From contig OZ234493.1 in NCBI GenBank assembly GCA_965153455.1, forward strand, positions 16,234,213-16,298,212: a DNA stretch of 64,000 bases. The letters run 5' to 3'. Under the pieces are notes generated by a model. It was not told the DNA's origin. It did not search any database and was given only the letters and a program-made list of their open reading frames with translations. The DNA comes from Sphagnum compactum (Eukaryota). Below are positions 43,190 to 56,900 of this stretch, piece by piece. Each line of letters starts with the position of its first letter. The stretch's first letter is position 1. The position numbers and the translations under genes were made by a program.

Positions 43190-44760
43190 AAAAATTGTTG
43201 TTGAAGAGGAGAAGGTTTTGTGCATTACCTTTCTTCACATCTTTCAAAACCTTGTGATAGGGAATGGACAGAAGTCGACTACATTTTGGGAGAGGGTGCA
43301 ACTTCATTGCAATGCCAGTTAACCTTAAGTCTGCATAGAGAGACTGGCAAGGTCATTGGAGACAAAATGGGGGATATCAAACACAATGTTACAAAGTTTT
43401 GTAGGAATTATAGTGCTATGAGCACATTGTGTGAATGGAGGACATTCAATGAAAATACTTTAGACTTGACAATTCACACAAATAATGAACAAAGTAATTC
43501 CTAAATATTTTTAATTCAAAGTTAGCTATTGCCTTTCAATTGCCACAAATGTTCTATGAATCATATTGAAGATTGTAATGAGAATCATGGTTTTCAATTT
43601 GAATGGTGCTTTTAGCATAATCCTCAAATGGAAGTCCTCTTTTGAATGTTATGTTATTTTTCATATCAAGTGATTGTTTCAAGTACAAATTTTGTTCATC
43701 TTCTATTGTCATGTTGTGCAACACTACACAAGCCATCAAGATGTCAGTTATGACTTCATGGTCCCATTGTCTACTAGGGTTTGTTACAATCCCAAATCAC
43801 ATTTATAGAATTCCAAAACATCAATGCACATCCTTGCATGCAACTTCTTGTGCTTTGGCAAAATGTTGTCATTTTTCACCTTAGGGTTCATGGATGTTCT
43901 GCACAAATATAGACCAAGGAGGATAAATTTCGTCGATCAACAAAGAGTAACTAAGATACCTATTACCATTGACCTCAAAAACCAAGTTCATGCCTACGCC
44001 TTGCAACAAATTAAAAATTAATGGTGATTTATCCAACACATTTAAATCATTGGTAATTCAAAAAATGCATCCCAGATTCACAATTCTAGTCGACAATTGC
44101 TTCCAAGATAATCAATTTGTGGCTATTTTCATGAGTGCACTGCCCTTGCGAAGCAACAAGGCAATTCTTCCAATGATAGTGCATAGAGTTTGACGAAGTA
44201 AATATGCCAGGGAAATTTTTCTATGCATTAATCATCATTTGATATTTTGTATCAGCTTGTGATGGTTGTTGCATGTACTCTATTTCAAAGAACTTTCAAA
44301 GAACTTTCATAAATTGTTTCAAGCATTCAGTGGTTGTGCTTTCTCTGATTTTGTAGTATTCATCAAATGGGTCAACACCAAACCATAAGCTAACATTCTC
44401 ATTGCATTTATACATTCTTAAATGGAAGAAAGATTGATGATCCTGCAAAATCTGATTTTGTAAAAAATATGTGCACACACATCTTGCATGATCTTGTAAA
44501 ATAAAGATCAATGCATCCTCTAATGCCTATTAAAAAATGATTCATTTCAGTAGGAGTTGGTGCAAAATAATTTTACAAGGTTCATTGGTGACCCATTGTC
44601 CTTTCTCTTTTTATGTTTGGTTTACACCCAGGCACTGACCTTTTGTGTTTTCGTTGAGGTGCTTCAAGTTCCATATGATCTAGTGTTGCATTGAACCATA
44701 AATCTTTATTCTCATTGTTTGCCAATTTTGCTCTTAAATAGTTGGTTTTTTCAATGTTCC
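43190..44760. mobile_element. Degenerate PIF/Harbinger DNA transposon: Myb/SANT-like ORF remnant (+, ~43190-43450) converging on a DDE transposase remnant (-, ~43550-44720)
   Basis: Plus strand: EEKVLCITFLHIFQNLVIGNGQKSTTFWERV, KWGDIKHNVTKFC-like. Minus strand: DEYYKIRESTTTECLKQF, WKNCLVASQGQ, NDLNVLDKSPL, LLIDEIYPPWSIFV, AQEVACKDVH*CFGIL, MACVVLHNMTIEDE. These are recognisable plant Harbinger motifs. Confidence 0.88.
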
Positions 44761-45679
44761 ATGGTTGATTTTATTGTTAGGGAAAACAAAAAGATATGAG
44801 TTGTTCTAGTGAAATATAGAGAATTAAGCTCATGTAAAGAGTGATGATAGAAATGAAAAGTGGAGAAAAATGTGTTGACCTTTTGCGAGAGATGACATAT
44901 AAAACAAAAATGATGAGAGTGAATGGGGTTGTTTATTAGGCAAGCCAGCAAAAAGGCATTGATAACCCTTAAAAGTAGCTTACACAGTTCAAGTATAGGG
45001 AATAATGTAGTGTCAAGGGTGGAAATGTTCTTATTAATTAGAACCATAACCAATGATTTTTACTTGTCGAAGAAGTACATGCCCAACATTGGTTCTAGTG
45101 TGGATTAATGTTGGAAGGCCCTTTAATTTGCAAGGTTAAACCTATGGGTTCAAGTTCTTGTGACCTTGACCTGAATTACTATTGGGAGCTTTTTATTTTT
45201 TGGAGTTGCCTTTGACAAAATGTTTAAAAATTCATAGAACTACGTTTGACCAATGTTGGTTAGTTATTTTTTTTTCATAAAATTAAAGTACATTGTAAGA
45301 AAATTAAAAAAAAATCTAGATCCATTAATTGTCAATTTCACTATACAAATAATACCCCTAATTATCAATTTACTCACTTAATTTTTTGGGTAATAATCAA
45401 TGGTTATGCATAAGGGTCAACTATCAAATGCCCACCTTGGGAACTTTGATTATAATTTACCTAGGTGAGGTAGATTATATGGTTTTCATTTTCATTTTTT
45501 TATAAATTTATCATAAACATGTTTAGATTTTTATAATTGATAATCTATTAGGATGAAATTCCAATTATTCAAGTAAGTTATTAAAATGATATAGGGTCTA
45601 GGGTTTAGGGTTTGATTTAACCCTAAATTTTAAACCTTACAAATTTTTTTTTCATATGTTGAGTTTCCCCTATTTTGAA

Positions 45680-46160
45680 ATGGGTTCACACTTGGGCCTA
45701 TGACACATGTCACACTAGTCCATCTATGAAGCGAAGTAGTTCGTTTTGTTTTGTCAAGTTGAGATCTCCCAAACCACAACGCTTCATGCCATGCAAGTTT
45801 TGCTATCTTCAAAAAGCTTTCAACGAGTGGGGGTGCACCAGCTTGGTTGGAGACTGTTTGGAGCTACGGTGTGGAAGCTATTGATAATGGAATCATTTTC
45901 TCAATGAAATCATCTAAAATCAAAACTGAAAAAATTATTGGAAGTTGGGGGCATTCTTGGTGTTGTTGGAAAGCCCTCAACATGTCAGATTTAATAGAGT
46001 TTATTTCACAATTTTCAGAGCTAAGGCCTGGAAGATATTTCTACTTGAGTAGAATTTGTTGCTGGAAATCCAAACAAATTGCAAAAATTAAGTTTGGAAG
46101 GAAAAACCAGTTGACCGCTCAATGTGTTCACACTTGGGCCAATGGCACATGCTACACAAA
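45680..46160. repeat. ~440-bp segment bounded by ~33-bp imperfect direct repeats; probable non-autonomous element
   Basis: GTTCACACTTGGGCCTATGACACATGTCACAC at ~45684 and GTTCACACTTGGGCCAATGGCACATGCTACAC at ~46126. Confidence 0.55.
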
Positions 46161-46311
46161 TATGTTAAAGCCAGAATCCAATTTCAGTTCGGAAAATCAG
46201 ATCCAGATTGGGTGCAGTTCTTATTAACCCCCACTGGGACCCATGGTTAACTTACAATCATCTCTAATTAATCCCTGGTTCTAGTCACTTTGAAAATATT
46301 TATAAAAAAAT

Positions 46312-46343
<32 letters not shown>

Positions 46344-48756
46344 TACTTAGATAAACCTAACACATATGTGTAAGGTTTATTATTTAGCTTAATTTATTTT
46401 TAAAAATTAATGTATTCACATGGTGCACATACCCAAGGGTATGTAATTTTGAAAAATTCTATTTTATATGTATTCCTAAATATATGCAAGACATATCCAT
46501 ACTTGGAAAGAGATATATGTGCCAAAAATCTGAGTAAGTAAGATTGAGATAAGTAGACCATGAAACCTACATATATCAATATTCAATTTGTGGGTATTTC
46601 CTATTCTACTAATTTGTTGGGGGTGTGTTGGTGCCAATTTTGTCAATTTGCTTGCATTTTAAGTCTACCAAGTTGTTGGAATGGGGGGGGGGGTCGGTCA
46701 ATAAACCTTTGAGCATGATGATCAATCCCAAACATAGAATGCATGTCTAGTCATAAAAGCCTTGTAAATTTCCTTAGTTGTAGCATTGTGTATGTGTTTA
46801 GCAATAGGCACTTCAACTCCATATTTTGTTGAGAGGTTTTGAATATTTTAAATGTGTTTGTGTGCATGTGTGCTCAGAGATGAATCAAAAACTTTGATTT
46901 TTTGCATTTTGACATGAGATTTGTGCATGATCCCATTGGGTTTGGCCTTTGAAAATTATATCAATACCTCCAAAATGTGGACCGTTTTAAAATTTAAATT
47001 CAATTAAAAATACATATCAAAATTTTTACTCAAATTAGGAGTAAACGATAAGGGATTACTTGGACCCTAACCATCTAGTGGAAACCAAAATTTTATCATA
47101 TGTGGACCTTATCTTGATGGAAAAAAAATAGTGCTAATATATCCTTACTTGAGGGATAGACCCACTGGACTAAAGAATATACCCTTACCCAAGGATATAT
47201 AAAACAATCTACCATCACAACACTAGACAATACACTTCCTTCACTCAGGAAGGGCAATCCAAGTTATGTGACCCATTATGCACCTGCTAGTGCACTATCC
47301 ATTAGATGAATGCAAACTGAATTACCATGGATGAACCAAGGTTCCACTTGGGTAACCCATCCCATAATGCCTCCTACTTCCCCTCCACCCATTTACAGGG
47401 GAATACAGCATCCTTGTATTTAAGTGGTTTTTTGGTACATTGCTGAGTAGGTGAGGCGCTTGGTGGCTCCCAGGTATGGTAGATGCATGTGGATGGTTCG
47501 TACATAGCTAATCACCATGGTGAGCTATGCGACTACAGGAGTACAATGAAAAAGTGTTTCTGGTCCACGCACATCATCCATCCTCCGCGGTGTGTGCTGG
47601 TTCACATATCTGGCTTGGAAATCCTGCCCTTTGAATTCGGCTAGGTGGACATGATTTGTATGTTCAGAGGTGTTCCTCGGGTTTGCTTGTACGAAAAACC
47701 AACTTATAACAAGCTATGTGTCACACTGTGGCCTTGCCATTTACATTAAAACCTCTATTAAGGGTTAAGAAGAATTATGGAAACTCAAACATTTCACCAT
47801 GCAAAAATATAATCTTCAAAACACCCTCTAGAAGAAACCAAAATCCTCCAAGATATTATAACTTTATAAGCTAATCTCAAGTTTCAACACAAGCTAAAAT
47901 ATCATCTTTCAAAAATCTTCATATAAAAATAGACCTATTATTTATTACCTAGCCGGGGCCAAAATCCATTAAGCTACTATATACTCTATAATGAATCTAA
48001 ACACAATATCCAAGGCCAATGAATTCACCTTTGAATACAAGTTTGTCAAACTTCAAAGTTTTCTTGTAAAAGTCTAGGTAATAGGATGCCAAATGTTGTC
48101 TGCCTTTTCTTCCAATTAGACAAGAATTCCTCATTACTTCCAGTCTAACAAGACCAGAAGCTATTGCCAAATGTTTTTCTGTTGCCTTTGACTGAAATGG
48201 ATAGACACTATCTTCTTGCAAGACAGGAAATAATAAGTGGGGTGTGTGACTGACTCTTTTTTCTTTTCTCCTCATCATCTTCTTTCTCTGCAGGTGATTT
48301 TCTTATACATCGAAACACAGGTATGTGATCAGAATCTGCTAGCAAAGTTGGTGTCTGCAAATGCAGACCTAGTAAGCTTGTGATGAGCAACTCCTGCCAT
48401 GAAAAGAAAAACTGAAGGAAAAAAAACAGATCCTTTTTTTTTTCTTTGCTTCATCATCACACCCAACAATTTTACTTATGCCAACAAGTTGGTACGTCCA
48501 CATGATGTGGGCAAACTTTGTCGTGAAACACAACAAAGTTTGAAACAACAAAACTCTTGATGATTTAGTATCCAAAGTACAAGATTCATCTCAACATTGT
48601 AACCAAACTGAGGGACATCATGTGGGGCCAAGATGGAACACTTTTTCACTGGATGCTCTTGAGTATAGAAACTCGAGTGATGCTGTATGATGGAAAGGGA
48701 AGATTGAACAGGCTATTAATGATTTGAAATTGGGTTGCATGCAGGAAAGCTTGGGA

Positions 48757-49032
48757 GCTTATGATCTGAAAATTGGGTATATGCCAAAACTAAGCTCCAA
48801 AACTGGTCACTGGAAATTTGGGTACACGCCGAAAACTCTTCAAAGCTAATGATTGGAAAATTGGGTACACACCAAAAAAATTGGCTTCAAAGCTTATGAT
48901 TGGAAAATTGGGTACACACCAAAAAAATTGGCTTCAAAGCTTATGATGGGAAATTGAGTATATGCCAAAACTAAGTTTCAAAGCTAATGATTGGAAATTG
49001 AGTATATTCCAAAACTAGGTTTCAAAGCTAAT
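48757..49032. repeat. ~45-48-bp tandem repeat, about 6 copies
   Basis: Unit AAAGCTTATGATTGGAAAATTGGGTACACACCAAAAAAATTGGCTTC; the two central copies are essentially identical. Confidence 0.92.
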
Positions 49033-52000
49033 TTTAGTTGTGTAGTGTAATGCACTTACTTCACAGTCAAGTGATTGTAAATTAGTTTATGCCCCTACCA
49101 CAACCGCAGTTGGCCTACACAATGATATATGCAGTATCTACATGATAAATGCTTGTTAAGCCGAGATTAAGGGAGCAATTAATCACCCACTCTTTTCAAG
49201 TATTCAATTTCAAGTGTTGGTTAGATGCCCCAATTACACCAAGGTTGCAAAATTTACTCTCCCACATCAAAGAGAGAGGATTAAGACATTCAAGCAACCT
49301 TAGTGGAGTTAACCAATTTATAGTTAGATGACTTATATTTGATTATGGGTCATGAAGCTCACTAGCGTGTTGCACATGTGGGCTTCAAAAGCAAGAATCC
49401 AAAAATCTACTTGATAGTCCCTTGGCAGCTTCAGTACAATGTATTGTAAACATATTATGTTTTTTGTAGAAATGTTGAAAATTTTCCCAAAAAAATTCAA
49501 AGAACAATATGTTGTGAAGGAAAATAAGGAAATCTTTTGGAATATTCACAAACATTCTGTTTTCAACATGGAATCCTCAAAATTGATTAATTGTTTAATG
49601 GACATATGTTGAAGCCATCCATGACACATGTACTCTAATAGTATTAGGGTCCAAGGCTGTGGGCCAGCTGAGGGGAATGAAAGGTCTTAGTGAAATGCAC
49701 CAGGTTCACATATCCATCTAGCAGAATGCAAAATACCTACATACCCAACCTAATTACAAAATTTATCCTTCGTAGAAGATGTATATGCCATACTCCTAAA
49801 CCTAGCTTAGATTCTCACTCTACAAAACTGAATTAGGGTTTATGCTTTCATTGTGCAATGCCATGTACTACTTACTACTACCTGCCTGGTATGGACTTGA
49901 GGTAATATTAGGCTTATACTAATCTCAATATTAAATATAGGCCTACCTTATATGAGTAGTGTATTTTTTTTGGGGGGATGAATTTTCACATTATGGTGAT
50001 TTTTTGGCAATTTTTAAAAAATATAAATTTGAAAAAAAATTGCCTAGAAATTGGAAAATTTTACCAGACTTTGGAACCACGAAGTTGGCAAAAAAGAAAA
50101 CCCCTGCATATGCGCAAAAAAATCAGCCTTCAACCCTAATACTAGGACCATGCTGATAATATGAAAGTTTAAGAAAATCCAATAATGCCCATATCAAGTT
50201 GGTATGAAATTTTTAAAAATCTCAATATCAATATCAATTCTAATATCAATTCGAGGCTGGTAAAAAAGGATCCACACTGATATGTTCAAACTTTCCACAA
50301 TTCAATATTGAGGTTTATCAACACAAATACCAGCCATCCTCCAACAAGCTTTCAGATTACATAAAAATTAACTCACCATCCGCATTAGTGCTTGCCCATT
50401 GAATTATAGCTGGAAGCCATGAATAAATATAAAAAATTAGTTCTTTAAAACCCTAAATTCTGGTCAAGTAGTGGTCTCAATCTTTATATTCAAAAACCAT
50501 CTACTGAGCATGGTGGGTATCAACAGGGATATCAATGGAGGACACCATATGAGGAAATATACAAGTGTTGGGTCATCAGTACCTACTTTGACAGTTGAGA
50601 GTTGTCCATATGTTTTGGTTCTAGTTCCAGTTAGTTACTGAACTGAATCCAGAACCAAAACCAGAAGAAATCCTTTTTGGGATAATCTGCAGTCTGAAAC
50701 TGGATTCCTGGTTCCACTTAATGTGTGCAACCAGAACCGAAGGTTCTTCTTCATAAGAGTAAGAACCACCCAACACTAGAATACACCAGCAAGGTCATAC
50801 CTGTGTTTTTTTCCTGAAATTTTTTGAAAAATAAATTGGGGAAATTTTGGAATTTTTTGTTTATCTAGCAGCATCAACTTGGTTAATTTTGCTAATTTTT
50901 TTGTTAAAAGCTTCTTGAAAAAAAATGAAAAAAAAAGCACTGGGTCATGTGAGTCTAGTTGGTTTCTTCATATCAGGACAAATACCAGTCTTTATTTCAA
51001 GGTTCCATTGATATATCTGTCCAATCAATACAACAAAAGGTGTTTATGGACATCAAGTGATTTGACTAGATTTTGAGTGAATTCATCGGTCCCAATGAAG
51101 AAGAGGAACTAGTGCAGATACAATGAATTCACCGATAACCAAGGATTAATGAATTATACCCACATTTTATAATAATGAATATAAATTTATTTCGTATGTA
51201 CGTAACCACTCTGATTAGGGTTTAGGGTTTAATAATGAAAAAGTGTTCCTATCCACATATCATACATCCTGCATGGTGTGTTGGTGGGTGATGGTGTGGG
51301 TACTCTGGCTGGGGCCAAAGATATGGGTACCCAACTGAAGAGAACTTGAGTTCTCCAGTACAAAGGGTAAAACTTATAATAAGCTAATCTGAGAAAAGCA
51401 AAAATAGCCAGCAAAAGTGAAGTGGTACTCACTGGAGGGTGAATAAAAAAATGTGAAAAAAATTGGGTCCTTTATGAGCCACAGGGCAGAGTAGTAAATA
51501 AGTAAATAATAAATGAGTTAGGCATGCTTGCAAAAAAGAGAGTAAATAAATAAAACACACAAGACAAGGCAAAATAGGTGGCTGCTGTAAGAAAGTAAAA
51601 GTAAAGGTTTGAAGAGGCTCCTAAAAAATAGGGGATATATCACAGGGAGGAAAGACAAAAAAGAAGTTAGAAAAAAAAGTCCAAAAACATAATGACAAAA
51701 AAAAAAAAAAAAAAAAAACAAAACTATTATTAAATCCCATTGACAGCAATAAAGAGAGCTGATATAATTATCCCTCCCTTCCCCCCCCCCTACCCACCTG
51801 AATAGTGAAATCAATCCCTCCTATTTAGTTCCTAAAATAAAACCTAATTTCCAAAATAAAACAATAATCTAAGAGTAGCTTAATTTAGTTTTACTTATTG
51901 ATTAACTATTTTGTTAGTGAGTGCAACAGGCTAGGCGAATTATCAGCAACAGAAATTAATTAAGGTAATTAAAAATTAAATTAAGTTTAATTACTAATTA

Positions 52001-52544
52001 ATTATAAACCACAGTGCAACCAGGCTAGTAACCAGGTGCTTTGTCTAAAACCTTGTTTTCCAAAAACAAAAATAAGATTAGATTAATTAGTTTTTTACTT
52101 ATCAATTAACAATATCACCAATGCAACATGCTCTTGATTAATCAGATGATTAAACTTTAGATTAATTAACATTAATCAGGAACTAACTATAGCCAGTAAC
52201 TGCAGAAGATTAATCATGTGATTAATATTTGCTTGACTAAATTCAACTATTAATTAAACTTATATATATATCCTAGAGTTTTTATTGTAACTATTTCTGT
52301 AAATGGGTTTTAAGACTACTTAGTAAGTAGTAAGTAGCAGCCTAGTGGATAGACTTCCCCTTTCCCCCATTTCTGTTGTTGCCAAAAAAACACTTGAGAA
52401 TTTTCAGAGCTTCTTAAATTACACTTAATTTTGTGGTTATTGCTAACTACTTGAGAATTCCCAGACCTTTAATTCATTACAGTAATAATAATAATAATAA
52501 TTTGAAAAAAAAAAACAAAATAAAATAAAATAAAATAAAATACT

Positions 52545-52655
52545 TTCTCTCTCTCTCTCGGGGGGCGCGTTTGCGGAGCTTGGCGTCGCATTTGCGGAGC
52601 TTTTTCTATTTTGAGAGAGAGAGAGGGAGAGAGAGAGAGAGAGAGAGAGCGAGAG
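52545..52655. promoter_or_regulatory. (TC)n / GC-rich island / (GA)n block, probable promoter or transcription-start region of the RSS3-like gene
   Basis: (TC)n at ~52546-52559, two copies of TTTGCGGAGCTT, then (GA)n at 52613-52650. Marks the switch from AT-rich intergenic DNA to CpG-containing leader-like sequence. Confidence 0.45.
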
Positions 52656-53958
52656 CAGCAAAACCCATTTGGGTTTTTCTGATATCATCAGAGCTTTTGT
52701 CTGGATGCTTCAGAAACACTGCATCTAATTTTTTGATTTTGATTTTTTTTGGGGGTAGAGGTTTGAAGAAGAGCTGGAAGAACTACGAGAATCGAACTTT
52801 GTATGAGAACTTCCGTTGTGTTGTGCGGGAGGTGCATGAGCAGGTGGAGAATATCATCATCAGCTTGGTGGGTTTAAACTCACTGGGACCACCAGTCAGC
52901 TGCTCATGTCGGAGGAATTCAGATCAGCTTGATCTCTTCTATTCTATATAGTGTGCTGCATAAAAAGAATATGATGTCTGCAGGTGTTGGTGTTTTACAA
53001 TGAAATGAGCTGCATAATTTTGTTGTATGCAGTATGAGTTGAGAGTCGGTGGTGATCAATCAATCATTGCATGTTTGAGAAGTTTTTGATCATGAGTGTG
53101 ATGATTTCTGGAAGATTTCATATCAATTGCCGTGTGCTAGTGCAGCCAGCTTCAGATCATGCAGTAGCCATGTGCAGTTTTTTTTTAGTGTTTTCTTTTG
53201 CTTCCTGGGAATGAATATCCTATAAGAAGTTTTTCAAGCTGAACAGAGAGTTTGGATAATGAAACTGATCTCGAGTACCAGATGCAAGACTTTGATCAAC
53301 AGGCAGGGTATTATATCTAAGGCTTTGTTAGCCTCGTGCATTGCTTGCTTGCTGCATTATTCGGGGACGAGGTTGTGATCATGTCGATCGGAGTCTTGGG
53401 TCACATGGGATTTTTTGTACTAGCAGTTGGGATTTGTAGTAGTTCCAGGTTCAAGTCTCGAAGAGCTTTATTATTGCATGATCCTCACCAGCACGCGCAG
53501 GGGTGGAGCTTCAAGCTGGATGCAGCAGGTTTTGTACTAGTACTGTAACTGCTTGAAAATGATGGAGGAGTTGCTAGTGGAGCTCTGCCACTAGACAACC
53601 AGCAGTAGCAGCTTGCGTTTTGCTGGTGAATGGTTTTTAGAACTTGCAGCAAGCAAGCAAGCAAGCTGTCGGAGTCATGGCTGTGAAGAGTATGTCTACT
53701 ACATTATAACGAACAATACCAGAAAATTTAGTAGCTTCTGGTGCCATGAGATTTCAGGTCGGCAAGAATAGCTGCAGTCGACGTCGGAACAGCGCCTTCC
53801 AACAAAACAGATTAATCTGAGAAGCAGCTTGCCAAGGAGTGCAGCTGATCAACAGCTAGCTAGGAGGACGGTTGAGTGAGCTTGACTTCGAGCTGTATTG
53901 GGTAGTACTGTGACGTTGATTGTGGAATCACCAGAATCACCGAGTGCTGCTGCTACGC

Positions 53959-56900
53959 ATGATGATCATGGAGTCTAATCAAGGTGGTGCAGGAGGTCGA
54001 TTGCCGGAGCTCAATCACTTGCTGCAGCACACCTTGCGGAGCTTGTGCACGGATTCGCAATGGGTGTATGCTGTGTTCTGGCGCATTCTGCCTCGCAACT
54101 ACCCTCCACCTCAGTATGGATTCCACTCACGATGCTGATATTCATACTGTGTGCAGCAATCGGTTGGAACTCTTGAAAGAAGTACTTGCAGAAAGGATCT
54201 GAGTAGTCCTGACTCCTCACTGATACTGTTCTTTAGCTCGCTCAGATTTTGCATTTTACAGATTTACGGATTGTTTCCCGTAGCAGGTGGGAGTCGGAGA
54301 GTGAAGCAATGGACAGGTCGAAAGGCAACAAGCGCAACTGGTATTGGCGATGATTATCACATCTGCATATTCTCTTGGCCAGCCTGCTACTTGTTAAGAA
54401 TCATCAAGATAAATACTACCAGAAATTCATGAAAGAGTTGCGCAGAGGCTCGAGATTTCAGTCTGGCTACTGATCTGTCCTGATAATGTTGGTACTTCAT
54501 TGTCTACTGGGTGATGTTGTGCAGGATCATGGCATGGGAAGACGGTTACTGCAACTTTGCAGCGTGTGCTGAAGCAGTCCAGCAGGAGGCTGCCAGGATC
54601 ACCACAACAGGCAAAGTCTCACAGTTTTTCAATGGCGCTGCTGCAGCAGGTGCAGCAGGCAGTGTCGTCGATGATGTCTCAGAAACTCATCAGCCTGTCA
54701 TGAACCCGGACCTCTTCTTCAAGATGTCGCACGAAGTGTACAACTATGGAGAAGGGTACTACTAACTGCTGCTGTAATTTGTAAAGCTGCTTGCTGGTTT
54801 TGCAAAATGTTGGTGATCTAGAATTCAAGATTGTTCGCGAGTAGAGCTAATGAGCATCTGCGCTGCTCCATCATCGTGAGTAGCCTTTAAGCTAGATAAA
54901 TCAGGAGCTTCAGTACGCCGCCCATGAACATATTGCAAGCTGCTTAATGTTGTTTGTTGTTGAGACTTCCTGCTGCTGCTGGCTGCTCTAGTTTGCAATG
55001 GCGTCGAGTCTTGACCAGTGCGTGCAAATTCTTCTTGTGGCTGCATGAATCATGCAGGCTAATGGGAAAGGTAGCAGCTGACAACGGCGTCAAGTGGGTG
55101 TACCGAGAGCCTCTGGAACAAGAGAGCACCTTCTTGTCACCTTGGGCTATCTCTTCTCTCGATCCAGTAAGAACCTCTGAGCTGCCGCCATGATCATGGT
55201 CGATGTTCCATGCCAGAACGTGCATTTAGAATTCAAACCGAATTCGTTTTTGCATTTCCCTTACACACCATATTACATGAGCACGTCCTAGAAACCCAAA
55301 CTAGTTGGGACGTGAAGACACCAACGTCAAGATTCAAGTCCTATTGTCACTGATTAATGTTGTTGATTTGTTTTGGAACACTCGGATCATGTGCAGCACC
55401 CACGTCCCTGGGAGGCGCAATTCAAAGCCGGGATACAGGTGAGTGCAACGGATGACACACACGCGCACACACACACCACCATCACTGCTGGAAGAAATCT
55501 AGTATAGCCCATACACTTGCTTCACTGCTGGAAGAAAGCTAGCGTAGTAGTGCGCTTGTGACTGATTGATTCAATGCAGTGCAGCATGATGTTTGATCCA
55601 TATGCTGCGATCAGTTTTAGCTAGATAGTCATCATGTCCGAGTACGCATTTCTGGTATATATCGGTTCTCCATATAGGTGAAGACCACCATTCTTAACAT
55701 GGAGCTAGCTGCTTCTGGGATGTATGGAATGTGGTTTCATTCTAGACGATAGCAGTGGTGGCGGTCGAAGAAGGAGTGATGCAACTTGGCTCCACAAACA
55801 AGGTGACCTAGTCAATTTTTTCACCTGAACTTGAGATTCTTCGAACCTAAATGCAGACTTAATTACATGCTTGTCTTTTTCCGAGCTTCATGTGAATGTA
55901 TCCGCAGTTGCAGATACTACAAATTCCGACATCCTGCCGCGGGTTCTGCCTGAAATTTACTAGACTCTTTTATAGGCTGCATGATCTGTGATGTGTTGCA
56001 ACAGATAATGAAAGATCTCAACTTCGCAGCGCAGTTACAACGGAAGTTTGGCTTCTTGCATAGCATTCCGGGGGTGTTCGTTCCTCACTCTTTCTTCAAC
56101 AGTACCACTACTGGCTCGACTAGGAAACGCGGGATGCAGTCGAGTAGTGTGGTCACCCACGAGGTGCTACAGCAGGAAGGGTCATCGCCACCCAACAGCT
56201 CAGCCGGATCCGAGCTGCCGCGAGGACAGTGGATGATGAGCAGCAGCTGCACTAGGTCGACGACGTTGCAGGAGCATCGATTTCCCAGCTCCAGCCACTT
56301 GACTTCAAGCTCGATAGACCAGTTCTTACAGCAGTCGTCCAGAATCAGCAGCAGTACTGATAGATGGAGTCGCAGCTGCACTCCTTCAGCTTCTAGCTGT
56401 CTGATCAGTGCCGCGAGGCCAGTATTATTGTCGCATGATCAGCCGCAGCTGCAACAGACGAGTAGCAGCAGCATTCTTGGTGTGAAGCGTCCATCAGATG
56501 GCAGCGAGGTGCAAGCATCTGAGCCTGCGTCGAAGAACTTGTATGTCAGCTTCGATCAGATCTCCCGGAATAGTTACCCGCGAGTCGACACTAGTACTAC
56601 TCCTCCATCCGAGTCCCGATCTCCTCCTGATCATCAAGCTTTGAACATCAGTACGACGAATGTAGCAGCAGCTGCAGCTCGCGGCGCGGGCGGTAGTAGT
56701 ACTAGTCCTCAGCTAGGATCTGCATTGGGCCGTCATCATCATCAGCTTGAGCCCTCCATGTCAAGTCTAGAAGCGCTTCTTTCCAAGCTACCGTCCGTCA
56801 CACCCATGACGGATCATCAGCCGGAGAATGGCTCCTGCAGCTCGGCAGATCAGCAGCTTTGCTGCAGCATGTCGATTAGCGCTGCTCCGGAGACTACCTG

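Noticed and set aside
45090-45165. tRNA/SINE-like A-box (TGGTTCTAGTGTGG) and B-box (GGTTCAAGTTC)
   Set aside because: No cloverleaf can be drawn, the boxes are degenerate, and the region overlaps the putative Harbinger terminus.
45592-45630. Short TTTAGGG/CCCTAAA telomere-like runs (also ~18175, ~51215, ~59875)
   Set aside because: Only 2-3 units each; common in plant intergenic DNA and not an interstitial telomere array.
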